The translations under genes were made by a program, and so were the position numbers. A stretch of DNA of 64,000 nucleotides from Patescibacteria group bacterium (GTDB lineage: Bacteria; Patescibacteriota; Minisyncoccia; 2-02-FULL-40-12; IGHO2-01-FULL-4-A): the NCBI GenBank assembly GCA_038064915.1, contig JBBTSB010000009.1, positions 20,773 through 84,772 on the forward strand, read 5' to 3'. Shown here in pieces: positions 28,752 to 37,496 of the stretch (positions are counted from its first letter, which is position 1; each line of letters opens with the position of its first letter). The notes beneath the pieces were generated by a model. That model was not told the origin of the DNA. It ran no database searches and was given only the letters and a program-made list of their open reading frames with translations.

Positions 28752-29474
28752 ATGGCAAAGCAAAAGTTGCCTTTCAAAAATTTTGATTGGACTGCCCACT
28801 TAGCTTATGCGGTCGGATTGCTAACCACTGACGGAAATCTTTCGCCGGATGGACGACACATTCATTTTCGATCAAATGATATTGATCTCATCGAAACATT
28901 CAAAGACTGTCTGAACATAAAAAATAAAGCTGGTGTTTCTTTCAATAAAGGGCTCCTGAAAAATCCGTCCTATAAAGTTCAATTTGGAAACGTGCAACTT
29001 TATCGATGGCTTCAAACGATCGGGTTACAACCAAATAAAACTTACACAATCGCTGAAGTAAAAGTTCCCGATGAATACTTTAGAGATTTCCTACGAGGAC
29101 ATCTTGATGGTGATGGTTCAGTTATTTTTTACCAAGACAATTACAATTTCTACAAGGGAAGAAATTATTCTAACTCCCGATTATACGTCTATTTCATTTC
29201 GGCGAGCGAAAAACATATCAGATGGCTCCATGCCAAGGTTACGACACTGGCAGGAATAAAAACTGCGTTGATTAAAAATGCTCCACAAGACAAAAACCGT
29301 GTTCCCATGTGGGTAATCAAGATTGCTAAAAAATCCTCTCTTAAATTACTACCTTGGATTTACTATCAAGATGCACTACCAACGTTAGCACGCAAAAGAG
29401 CAACGGCAATGCAAGGGATCAATGCTATTGCGCAGGAAAAGAGAAAAACTTACAATAAGATTGTCGCTACATAA
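28752..29474 (+). CDS. Free-standing double-motif LAGLIDADG homing endonuclease-like protein
   Basis: AYAVGLLTTDG and DFLRGHLDGDG motifs; AT-richer than neighbours; ATG 4 nt after the tRNA. Confidence 0.88.
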   Translation: MAKQKLPFKNFDWTAHLAYAVGLLTTDGNLSPDGRHIHFRSNDIDLIETFKDCLNIKNKAGVSFNKGLLKNPSYKVQFGNVQLYRWLQTIGLQPNKTYTIAEVKVPDEYFRDFLRGHLDGDGSVIFYQDNYNFYKGRNYSNSRLYVYFISASEKHIRWLHAKVTTLAGIKTALIKNAPQDKNRVPMWVIKIAKKSSLKLLPWIYYQDALPTLARKRATAMQGINAIAQEKRKTYNKIVAT

Positions 29475-29501
29475 TTGAGTCTTTCCCTCGGCACTGTAAT
29501 T

Positions 29502-29732
29502 ATGAAAATCACTTATGACAAGGAGGCAGACGCAGCAATGATCTACCTGCAGGAAATCAAGCAAGGTGGTACAGCCTGGACTTACCCCTGCGATCCCACG
29601 GAAATAAAAGGAATGATCAACTTAGATTTTGACAAAGATAATCGATTGATCGGGATTGAGGTTTTGGATGCTAGTAAACGCTTGCCCAAAGAGTTACTAG
29701 ATTCGGCCGAACGAATTGACAAGTCAGGCTGA
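29502..29732 (+). CDS. DUF2283-like protein
   Basis: MKITYDKEADAAMIYL...INLDFDKDNRLIGIEVLDASK. Confidence 0.82.
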   Translation: MKITYDKEADAAMIYLQEIKQGGTAWTYPCDPTEIKGMINLDFDKDNRLIGIEVLDASKRLPKELLDSAERIDKSG

Positions 29733-30548
29733 AGACATCAATTTCACCACATTCTCAAGCGCTACCGCACAGACGAGCGGTCCCACCCCACCGGGAACAG
29801 GCGTAATGAGCGAGGCTTTTTTGCTGACGTTCTCAAAGTCCACATCACCAGAAATCTTGCCCTCCGCACGACCATATCCAAAATCCATCACGATCGCCCC
29901 TTCTTTCACCATGTCGGCTTTGATCATGCCAACATTGCCAGTTCCGGTAATGAGAATATCTGCTTGGCAACACAGTTCTGCCTGGTTGGCATCGCCGCGA
30001 CTGATGACCGTGACACTTGCTTTCATACTAGCAAGCATGTGTGCGGCCGGTCGGCCCACAAGCAATCCGTAGCCAAAAACCGCAACTCGCTTCCCTTCAA
30101 CATCAATTTTGTGATAATCGAGGATTGCTTTTACCGCGGCCGGACAGGGCGGCATCACTGATGATCTTCCAACAAAAAACGCCCCTTGGGCTTTTTGTGA
30201 AAGTACATCAGGATCTTTTTCTAGAGGAATTGCATTAAGCACCGCCTGCTGGTTGATATGCTTAGGAAGTGGCAATTCGAGAATGATACCTGAAACTTTT
30301 TTCTGTTTTGCAATCTTTACAATTTCGGCTCTCAACTTTTTCGTAGTGATATCTGAAGAAAATTCGTACCATTTGTATTCAAAGCCGGCCTTCTTGGCCA
30401 TCTCTTCTTTGATTTCCAAAAAACGTCGCATCTCTTCCTGCGCGCCAACCAACACCGCCGCCACTAGCGGTTTAGTCTTGAGCTTAGCCACTTCCCCAGC
30501 CACCCGCTCCATGATTTCCGCCGCAATTTTTTTACCGTCGATGATCAC
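29724..30548 (-). CDS. folD: Bifunctional methylene-THF dehydrogenase/cyclohydrolase
   Basis: IIDGKKIA, LELPLP, PLEKDPD, ITPVPGGVGP. Confidence 0.93.
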   Translation of the reverse strand: MIIDGKKIAAEIMERVAGEVAKLKTKPLVAAVLVGAQEEMRRFLEIKEEMAKKAGFEYKWYEFSSDITTKKLRAEIVKIAKQKKVSGIILELPLPKHINQQAVLNAIPLEKDPDVLSQKAQGAFFVGRSSVMPPCPAAVKAILDYHKIDVEGKRVAVFGYGLLVGRPAAHMLASMKASVTVISRGDANQAELCCQADILITGTGNVGMIKADMVKEGAIVMDFGYGRAEGKISGDVDFENVSKKASLITPVPGGVGPLVCAVALENVVKLMSSA

Positions 30549-30973
30549 TTCTTTTTTGGTGTTAGCTCAATTTCTTCCTTGAGTAAATCAAACTTTACGA
30601 CAAAAAGATCAAAAAAGCCACGCTGACCAAGAACTCCAAAGGATCTTTTGCCCAAATGATAAGAAAAAGCAACTTGGGTTTTGTATTTCCAACCACCAAT
30701 GAGAAGCGTAACTTCGTGGATAAAAGCATCAGCCGCACTTGATTCTTGTATTCCTCGAAAGTTTAATTTTCTTCCTTTGGATATGTCCAAATTCAAGGCC
30801 TCCCCTATTCCGGCATCAAAAATACAAAAATCTGCTCCCGAATCGATAAGTGCGTCGTATTCGAAAGGCTCACCGCCAACAGTTAATCCAATGGGGATAA
30901 CGGGTTTCAGAATGGCATCACCAAAAAAATCTGATTGTTCTGAAAGATGAAATTTGAGATATTCAAATTTCAT
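30545..30973 (-). CDS. Retropepsin-like (clan AA) aspartyl protease
   Basis: ALIDSGAD and VLGQRGFF motifs. Confidence 0.82.
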   Translation of the reverse strand: MKFEYLKFHLSEQSDFFGDAILKPVIPIGLTVGGEPFEYDALIDSGADFCIFDAGIGEALNLDISKGRKLNFRGIQESSAADAFIHEVTLLIGGWKYKTQVAFSYHLGKRSFGVLGQRGFFDLFVVKFDLLKEEIELTPKKK

Positions 30974-30978
30974 GAAAA

Positions 30979-31179
30979 TTAAAACGCTCCCCCAATATAG
31001 GGAACAATCTCTGTGGGCACTCTAAATAGAATAGGGCTGGGTAAACCTTTTTTTCGAGCTTCTTGTAAAACCTCTTTGGCTGTTTCGCCGCTCGCCACAA
31101 CGGTCTTTTGATCTCTTTTCATAGCGACCCAAAGCCCCTTATATTTCTCAAAATTTTCACTCCAATCGATTGCTGCCAT
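30979..31179 (-). CDS. DUF5678-like small protein
   Basis: KYKGLWVAM...VVASGETAKEV...ILFRVP; paired with the aspartyl protease. Confidence 0.75.
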   Translation of the reverse strand: MAAIDWSENFEKYKGLWVAMKRDQKTVVASGETAKEVLQEARKKGLPSPILFRVPTEIVPYIGGAF

Positions 31180-31251
31180 GATGATATGATATCAAAAAGC
31201 AATAATGGCGTCAAAGCAACTCCGCCGCTATTTTTTTGCCGTCGATGATCA

Positions 31252-32400
31252 CTATTTTTTCTTCGTCAGCACCTCGTGAATCTTGTGCGCAAGTTTGATC
31301 ATGTCTTTTTCTTTCATGCCGCGCGTGGTTGCTGCTGGGGTACCCAGACGTATGCCGTTGGGATTCCAGGGTTTTGCGGGATCATGGGGAATGGTGTTTT
31401 TGTTGACCACGAGGCCATGCTTTTCGAGCAAATTTGCCGCATCCCCTCCCGTGATGCCCTGCGGGCGCAGATCTACCAACATGAGATGATTGTCGGTACC
31501 ACCAGAGACAATCGTATAGCCAAGTTTTTTGAGCTCGCCGGCAAGGGCCTTGGCATTTTTGACAATCTGTTTTGCGTAGGCTTTGAAACTCGGCTTGAGT
31601 GCTTCTTCGAGTGCCACGCCAATTCCTGCAATCGTATGAAGGTGCGGACCCCCCTGCATGCCGGGGAATAGCGCCTTATTGATGGCGTCGATGAGCTCGG
31701 CACGCGCGATGATAATGGCGCCACGCGGACCACGAAGCGTCTTGTGAGTCGTAAACGTCACAATATCCGCATACGGAAAGGGGCTCGGATGAGCGCCGCC
31801 TACAATGAGTCCGGCAATGTGCGAAACATCCGCCATGAGTCTGGCTCCCACCGCATCGGCTATTTCACGAAACTTTTTGAAATCCACGGTTCTCGGGTAG
31901 GCCGTAAATCCACATACAATCAGCTTGGGCTGAAATTCCTTTGCCGTAGCCATGATGGCATCATAGTCGAGGTAACCGTCTTCTTTTACGCCATAGTGTT
32001 TGAACTGAAAGAGCTTGCTCGTAAGACTCACCGGACTACCATGTGTGAGATGACCGCCTTCTGAAAGTGACATCGCAAGGATCTTGTCCCCCATCTGCAG
32101 TGTGCCCGTGTAGACGGCGAGATTTGCAGGACTGCCAGAGTGAGACTGTACATTTGCCGCCCATTCTTTGGGATTGAGTTTGAAAGCTTTTAGCGCGAGA
32201 CGACGCGCTTCATCTTCAACATGATCGACGATACTATTGCCGTTGTAGTAGCGCTTGTGGGGATAACCCTCGGCATATTTGTTCATCAGCTCCGAGCCCA
32301 CCGCAGCCATGACCGCTTTTGATGCGTAGTTTTCGGAAGGGATGAGTGAGAGCGACTTTTTCTGGCGCGCAACCTCTTTTTTTATTAAATCTTTGATCAT
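31252..32400 (-). CDS. glyA: Serine hydroxymethyltransferase
   Basis: LIPSENY, NKYAEGYP, GGHLTHG, TTHKTLRGPRG. Confidence 0.97.
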   Translation of the reverse strand: MIKDLIKKEVARQKKSLSLIPSENYASKAVMAAVGSELMNKYAEGYPHKRYYNGNSIVDHVEDEARRLALKAFKLNPKEWAANVQSHSGSPANLAVYTGTLQMGDKILAMSLSEGGHLTHGSPVSLTSKLFQFKHYGVKEDGYLDYDAIMATAKEFQPKLIVCGFTAYPRTVDFKKFREIADAVGARLMADVSHIAGLIVGGAHPSPFPYADIVTFTTHKTLRGPRGAIIIARAELIDAINKALFPGMQGGPHLHTIAGIGVALEEALKPSFKAYAKQIVKNAKALAGELKKLGYTIVSGGTDNHLMLVDLRPQGITGGDAANLLEKHGLVVNKNTIPHDPAKPWNPNGIRLGTPAATTRGMKEKDMIKLAHKIHEVLTKKK

Positions 32401-33062
32401 AGTTTTAGAATTGTTTCTAGTTGTTTTGGTTTTACGGGGCCGATGCGGACGATTTTTGGCTTGACGGACGAGTAGTCGATGATGGTAGACGCGAGTGAGG
32501 GTTGGAGATTACCTACATCGAGCATCAAATCAGGTTGCCACATGCGAGGTTTAAAATCTTCGATGACCGCATTACTATTCCACGCTGCAGTGTCTTCTCC
32601 TGCCATATTAGCAGAAGTTGAGATCAAAGGATAGCCAAACTTTGCCATGAGCTTGTCCGTGAGCTCAAAGTCCGGAATACGAAGCCCTACGTTTGGTTCG
32701 CCTGCAGTCACAATGGAAGGAATAACATCACGCTTGGGCAAAATCACCGTGATCGCTCCAGGCCAAAGCTGTTCCAGAATCGGCTCGAGTTTTGGAGGCA
32801 CAAAGGCGAGTTCTTTGATCCATTGCATATTGCGAGCAATCACCGAGAGCGGTTTTTCAAGCGGCCGGTCTTTTATTCTGTAGATAGTCTCAACAGCTTT
32901 AAAATCCGTAGCATTGCAACCGATGCCATAGATCGTATCGGTGGGATAGATCACCGTTCCGCCCTCTTTGAGGACTTTTACAGCCTCTCGAATGGCGTCA
33001 GTGTAATCAGCCCCGACGCTCCGGTCGGGGTTAAGTAATAAGTTTACTTTTATTATCTTCAT
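32397..33062 (-). CDS. tsaC: L-threonylcarbamoyladenylate synthase TsaC/Sua5
   Basis: YPTDTIYGIGC, KDRP, WPG, STSAN. Confidence 0.92.
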   Translation of the reverse strand: MKIIKVNLLLNPDRSVGADYTDAIREAVKVLKEGGTVIYPTDTIYGIGCNATDFKAVETIYRIKDRPLEKPLSVIARNMQWIKELAFVPPKLEPILEQLWPGAITVILPKRDVIPSIVTAGEPNVGLRIPDFELTDKLMAKFGYPLISTSANMAGEDTAAWNSNAVIEDFKPRMWQPDLMLDVGNLQPSLASTIIDYSSVKPKIVRIGPVKPKQLETILKL

Positions 33063-33864
33063 ATTTTCGCAGTATTTCTGCCTCCGATGACCCCAAATGA
33101 AACGCTAGCATATTATCATTGTAAACCAAATGCCCGCCGGGGCGGATGACGTTTGCCTTTGATTCGATACGGTGGCGCTGGTAACGGGCGGACCATGCCT
33201 CCAGTTTCGTTCCTATGAAAATCTCACAGAGCCATTGCAAAGCAAACGAAAGACCTTGGGGAACGATTTTATTTTCTGGCATATTCCAAACAGATGCATA
33301 ATCACGAACCCAAGTATTTGCCTCACGGAACTTTTTCAAGTCGTCTCTATCCACGGCAATCAGTGGTACCAAATTCGCATACAAGTGCGCCGTGTACATA
33401 CTATGAAACGGGATGTGCAAAGACTGGTCAGTAACAAAGTGATTGGGGCAGATTTTGTCCGGCGCCACGCGATCCTCATGGCGACGTGCCTTACCTAGTA
33501 CTATCAAAAGCCCCATGACCAACAAGCGAACCGTCCAAATATGTCCGTGCTTGGCAACGACGATGACATCCAGGTCGCTAAGCTCGTCGGCGTTTTCCAT
33601 GGAAAGGGATCCGGATACAAACACTACTCGCGCAAATGGCACAAAACGCAACCACCACGCGACGCGACGGGCAATTTGCCACTTTCTACGCGAAATGCGC
33701 TGACGTTCCTTGCGAAGCGGTACAAGGTATTCTCTATCAAAGAGGTAGTAGTATCCATCCCGCTCACTCACGAGGTCGGACCTCAAAGAAGTCCCGAGGT
33801 CCGACATCAGGAAAGGTCGGTCAAGGACATCATAGTAAGCCAGTTGTTTGAGCACATTCTGCAT
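33031..33864 (-). CDS. Nucleotidyltransferase-domain protein (Pol-beta-like)
   Basis: SGS...SDLDVI (GS-x-DxD); start uncertain (33864 or 33882). Confidence 0.7.
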   Translation of the reverse strand: MQNVLKQLAYYDVLDRPFLMSDLGTSLRSDLVSERDGYYYLFDREYLVPLRKERQRISRRKWQIARRVAWWLRFVPFARVVFVSGSLSMENADELSDLDVIVVAKHGHIWTVRLLVMGLLIVLGKARRHEDRVAPDKICPNHFVTDQSLHIPFHSMYTAHLYANLVPLIAVDRDDLKKFREANTWVRDYASVWNMPENKIVPQGLSFALQWLCEIFIGTKLEAWSARYQRHRIESKANVIRPGGHLVYNDNMLAFHLGSSEAEILRKYEDNKSKLIT

Positions 33865-33932
33865 ACACGCACCATAGCGCATATCTCGACATTTTTGAAG
33901 GAAAGGTATAGCCTAAGCGTAAGGAGGCCACC

Positions 33933-34103
33933 ATGGAACTTCCCAGGTGTCCCAAGTGCGGCGCACCGCTCGATGTAACCATCATCGAGCGCAGTTGTGG
34001 GTGTTGTCGGGATCAAAACGGGATCATCTACTCGTGCTGGGTGCACGGGGAGATCGAGCGCATCCCGCTCCCACAGCACCAGCGGCAAAGTACCGCCGCG
34101 TGA
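33933..34103 (+). CDS. 56-aa Cys-rich zinc-ribbon-like microprotein (PRCP group, copy 3; not in the ORF track)
   Basis: SD TAAGGAGG; MELPRCPKCGAPLDVTIIERSCGCCRDQNGIIYSCWVHGEIERIPLPQHQRQSTAA*; 11-bp hairpin at 34118-34148. Confidence 0.68.
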   Translation: MELPRCPKCGAPLDVTIIERSCGCCRDQNGIIYSCWVHGEIERIPLPQHQRQSTAA

Positions 34104-34156
34104 CCCGCCCTCGCTCCCCCCGGGCTGCAGTTCAATCGCAGCCCGGGGACAGGAAA

Positions 34157-35281
34157 ATGATCAATCAATTACCAGACAACATTCCCCGCACTCCCGGGGT
34201 ATATTTTTTTAAAAACGCCAAGGGCGCCATCGTTTATATTGGCAAAGCGCTCAACCTCCGCAACCGCCTCCGTCAACATCCGATGTTGACACGAGCGGAT
34301 AAGCTCGAATGGCAGGAGGTTGGTTCCGAAATCGAAGCACTCATTCTTGAATCGCAGTGGATCAAGCGCTACAAACCCTACTATAATATCTCTCTTCGAG
34401 ACGATAAAAATTATGTTTATGTACAATTCACGGATGAAGAGTTTCCAAAAGTTTTTGTTACACATAGAAATGGAATAGGCCCTTTCACCAGTTCCACGGA
34501 GTTGCGTGCCGCACTAAAAGCCATCCGCAAACTCATCCCCTACTGTACGTGTAAGCAAAAACATAACCGACCCTGTTTAAATGCGCACATAGGCAAATGC
34601 ATCGGCGACTGCTGTCTGAAAAACCCCAAACCCGTCTACAAGCAATACCAAAAAAATATCAAATTAATCAAAGACATTTTTTCTGGAAAAAAGAAAGCAT
34701 TAAAGTCATTCCCACGAGTTTTTGAAAATATCCGCGTGATTAAAGAAATTGCTGGACGTGAATCGGCCGTCGTAGAATTAGAAAACACATTTAAATTAAA
34801 AAATATAAAAAGGATAGAGGGGTACGATATCTCAAATGTCCAGGGTAAATTTGCTACCGGCTCGATGGTGGTCTTTGAAAACGGATATCCAAACAAATCT
34901 GAATATAGAAAATTTAAGATCAACCCGACCGCGTCCGCCGAAGCCTTGGCGAAGGCGGATGATACTAAGATGCTTGACGAAATGCTTGCCCGAAGATTTT
35001 CTCACCATGATTGGCCACGGCCAGATGTCATTTTGATCGATGGCGGCATCGCGCAGTTTAATATCGCCCAAAAGTATTTTTCACCTGTCTTGAGCATCGC
35101 CAAAGGCAAACAAGAAATTTTCTCAAGTACGCTCCCTGAGCCATTGGCTATTAGCTATTTGCCATCAGCCGTAGCTCACCTCCTCCAGCACATCGACGCT
35201 GAAGCCCACCGTTTTGCCATCACGTACTATAGAAAATTGCATAAAAAGACTCTTTCTGGTAGTATGAAAACACATGTTTAA
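34157..35281 (+). CDS. uvrC: UvrC-like excinuclease (GIY-YIG plus RNase H-like domain; short form)
   Basis: PGVYFF...YIGKA, EALILE, RIEGYDISN, IDGG, EAHRFAI; no C-terminal HhH; start set at ATG 34157. Confidence 0.88.
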   Translation: MINQLPDNIPRTPGVYFFKNAKGAIVYIGKALNLRNRLRQHPMLTRADKLEWQEVGSEIEALILESQWIKRYKPYYNISLRDDKNYVYVQFTDEEFPKVFVTHRNGIGPFTSSTELRAALKAIRKLIPYCTCKQKHNRPCLNAHIGKCIGDCCLKNPKPVYKQYQKNIKLIKDIFSGKKKALKSFPRVFENIRVIKEIAGRESAVVELENTFKLKNIKRIEGYDISNVQGKFATGSMVVFENGYPNKSEYRKFKINPTASAEALAKADDTKMLDEMLARRFSHHDWPRPDVILIDGGIAQFNIAQKYFSPVLSIAKGKQEIFSSTLPEPLAISYLPSAVAHLLQHIDAEAHRFAITYYRKLHKKTLSGSMKTHV

Positions 35282-35426
35282 GATCATTCGCGTTCTCGTA
35301 GGAACCGGTTTAGGTCTCTTTATTGCAGATTATCTGGGTTTTTTGAGTATCAACGGCATCAATTACCTTTGGGCCACACTCGTTGTGGTGGCGGCAGTGT
35401 TCGTCGTGAGAGGCTTTCATTTTTAA
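35274..35426 (+). CDS. 50-aa two-TM small membrane protein
   Basis: MFKIIRVLVGTGLGLFIADYLGFLSINGINYLWATLVVVAAVFVVRGFHF*; fills the uvrC-secG gap. Confidence 0.55.
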   Translation: MFKIIRVLVGTGLGLFIADYLGFLSINGINYLWATLVVVAAVFVVRGFHF

Positions 35427-35429
35427 CCT

Positions 35430-35642
35430 ATGACCCCCATTACCATTGCACAAACCGTGTTGGGCGCGCTCTTAATAATCGCTATTTTACTGCAACAGCG
35501 CGGTTCCGGTCTTTCGGGAACCTTTGGAGGAGAAAGTTCTACGTATTCAACGCGCCGCGGCGCCGAAAAGATTATTTTTACGGCAACCATTATTTTGGCA
35601 ATTCTTTTCATCGGTGTGTCAGTGGTTCGTTTGCTCGTCTAA
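35430..35642 (+). CDS. secG: Preprotein translocase subunit SecG
   Basis: ILLQQRGSGLSGTFGG...TRRGAEK, two TMs. Confidence 0.92.
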   Translation: MTPITIAQTVLGALLIIAILLQQRGSGLSGTFGGESSTYSTRRGAEKIIFTATIILAILFIGVSVVRLLV

Positions 35643-37373
35643 ATGTCACCTGATTTTAAACAACTCGATAACTTTTTTACTAATTCTCCACAAAAGAACG
35701 GGCGCCAGCCCGCCTCCCCTAGCAAGCGCTTCCTGCCTACCAAGGAACAGTTTTATTATCTACCACGTGTTCTCTCTCCCCGTGAACGATACATCATCAC
35801 CGCACTCGTCATAGTCGCGCTTGCATCTCTGATTGCCATTCCAATCAGCGCTTACTACCATGGTACCGTGGAGGGACCCCAATACGGCGGTTCCTGGTCC
35901 GAAGGTATGATTGGAACACCCCAGCATATCAATCCCCTCTTGCTTCAAGCCAACGATGTGGACAGCGATCTGGTCAATCTCATGTATGCGGGACTGCTCC
36001 GCTACGATGGAAACGGCAACTTGGTACCCGACCTGGCTGAATCCTACACGATTTCAGACAATGGCCTTGAGTATTCCTTCAAACTAAAAGAAAACTTGCG
36101 CTGGCACGATGGACGGCCACTTACGGTCGACGATGTTTTGTTCACGATACTCACGGCCCAAAACAGCGACTATGGAAGCACTCAGCGTATAAACTGGCAG
36201 GGAGTGGATGTTTCGAAACGAGAAGATCGTATCGTGGTGTTTACCCTAAAAAACCGATATGCGCAATTCATCGACAATGCCACGCTTAGTATTCTTCCGA
36301 AACACATTTGGGAAAATGTTAAGCCTGCAAACTTTGCTTCGTCCGAACACAACCTCAAGCCTATTGGTTCCGGGCCGTACAAATTTTCAAAACTTCGTCG
36401 CGATACCCTAGGTACCGTTCGCTCCATTACCCTTGTGTCGTTTGATCAGTACGCTGGCGGGAAACCTTTTATTGATCAGATTGATCTCTCATTTTATGAA
36501 TCGGAACAAAAAGCTATTGATGCATACAACGGCGGCGAGGTTGGGGGGTTGAGTTTTGTTTCCGCCCAGCGCCTACAAGATCTCAAGTCCACACGCGGCA
36601 TCACCATCCACCAGCTTCGCCTTCCCCGCTACTTCGCCGTATTTTTTAATCAAAATAAAAGCAAGGTCCTTTCTGATAAAAACGCTCGCTTGGCACTCAA
36701 TCATGCCACAAACAAGGCGGCATTGGTGGAAAAACTTTTGGCCGACAAAGCAACGGTCGTGCATAGCCCCTTACTTCCCGGCATTATCGACATACCAGAA
36801 GCGACGGCAACATATCCCTACGACCTGGATAAAGCAAAAAAACTCCTTCAAAACGTGAAGGAACCGCTCGATATTGAAATCACAACATCAAGCTGGCCCG
36901 AGCTTGCGGCGGTTGCCGAAGAACTAAAAACTCAATGGGAAGTCGCGGGGTTTCGGGTGACCATTCGCATGCTTTCCGTTCCCGAAGTACAGCAGGCAAT
37001 CAAGGATCGAGACTATGCATCGCTTCTGTTTGGTGAGGTTCTCGGCTTGAACCCCGATCCTTTTAGTTTTTGGCACTCTTCACAAAAACGCGATCCGGGA
37101 TTAAACCTGGCACTGTATGACAACCGCGACGCTGACAAGATTTTGGAAGATGCACGCCAAGTCATGGATGACAATCAACGTCGTGAGCAGTACAACCGAC
37201 TTCAAAATATCATCAATGGAGACGTTCCCATCGTCATGCTCTATAGCCCGGACTATTTGTATATCCAACCAAACGATATCAAAAACAACACCGCAAGTAT
37301 TATTGCTGTCCCCGCGTATCGATTTGACACGGTGCATGAGTGGTACATTGACACGCAGCGAAAGAAAGAGTAA
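35643..37373 (+). CDS. Peptide ABC transporter substrate-binding protein (family 5)
   Basis: INPL, PDLAES, WHDGRPLTVDDV, PIGSGPYKF. Confidence 0.9.
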   Translation: MSPDFKQLDNFFTNSPQKNGRQPASPSKRFLPTKEQFYYLPRVLSPRERYIITALVIVALASLIAIPISAYYHGTVEGPQYGGSWSEGMIGTPQHINPLLLQANDVDSDLVNLMYAGLLRYDGNGNLVPDLAESYTISDNGLEYSFKLKENLRWHDGRPLTVDDVLFTILTAQNSDYGSTQRINWQGVDVSKREDRIVVFTLKNRYAQFIDNATLSILPKHIWENVKPANFASSEHNLKPIGSGPYKFSKLRRDTLGTVRSITLVSFDQYAGGKPFIDQIDLSFYESEQKAIDAYNGGEVGGLSFVSAQRLQDLKSTRGITIHQLRLPRYFAVFFNQNKSKVLSDKNARLALNHATNKAALVEKLLADKATVVHSPLLPGIIDIPEATATYPYDLDKAKKLLQNVKEPLDIEITTSSWPELAAVAEELKTQWEVAGFRVTIRMLSVPEVQQAIKDRDYASLLFGEVLGLNPDPFSFWHSSQKRDPGLNLALYDNRDADKILEDARQVMDDNQRREQYNRLQNIINGDVPIVMLYSPDYLYIQPNDIKNNTASIIAVPAYRFDTVHEWYIDTQRKKE

Positions 37374-37411
37374 GATGTTTATACCAATATTGATCTCTTG
37401 TATGCAAAATT

Positions 37412-37495
37412 GCAGGTGTGGCGAAACTGGCAACCGCGCTAGCTTCAGGAGCTAGTGGGGGCAACCCCTTGGAGGTTCGAGTCCTCTCACCTGCA
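37412..37495 (+). tRNA. tRNA-Leu(CAG)
   Basis: Acceptor GCAGGTG/CACCTGC; CTAGC-TT-CAG-GA-GCTAG; long variable arm; no CCA. Confidence 0.93.
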
Positions 37496-37496
37496 C

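Larger units (their letters stand above)
30517..31253 (-). mobile_element. Two-gene insertion (704-bp repeat-to-repeat) flanked by 33-bp direct repeats of the folD 5' end
   Basis: 30517-30549 vs 31221-31253 match at 31/33; no integrase inside. Confidence 0.7.

Noticed and set aside
28607-28799. N-terminal extensions of parA (to 28799), LAGLIDADG (28707), rnj (37455), uvrC (33947), murB (8567) and ECF sigma (62566) in the ORF track
   Set aside because: They run through tRNA genes or neighbouring CDSs; homology begins at downstream starts
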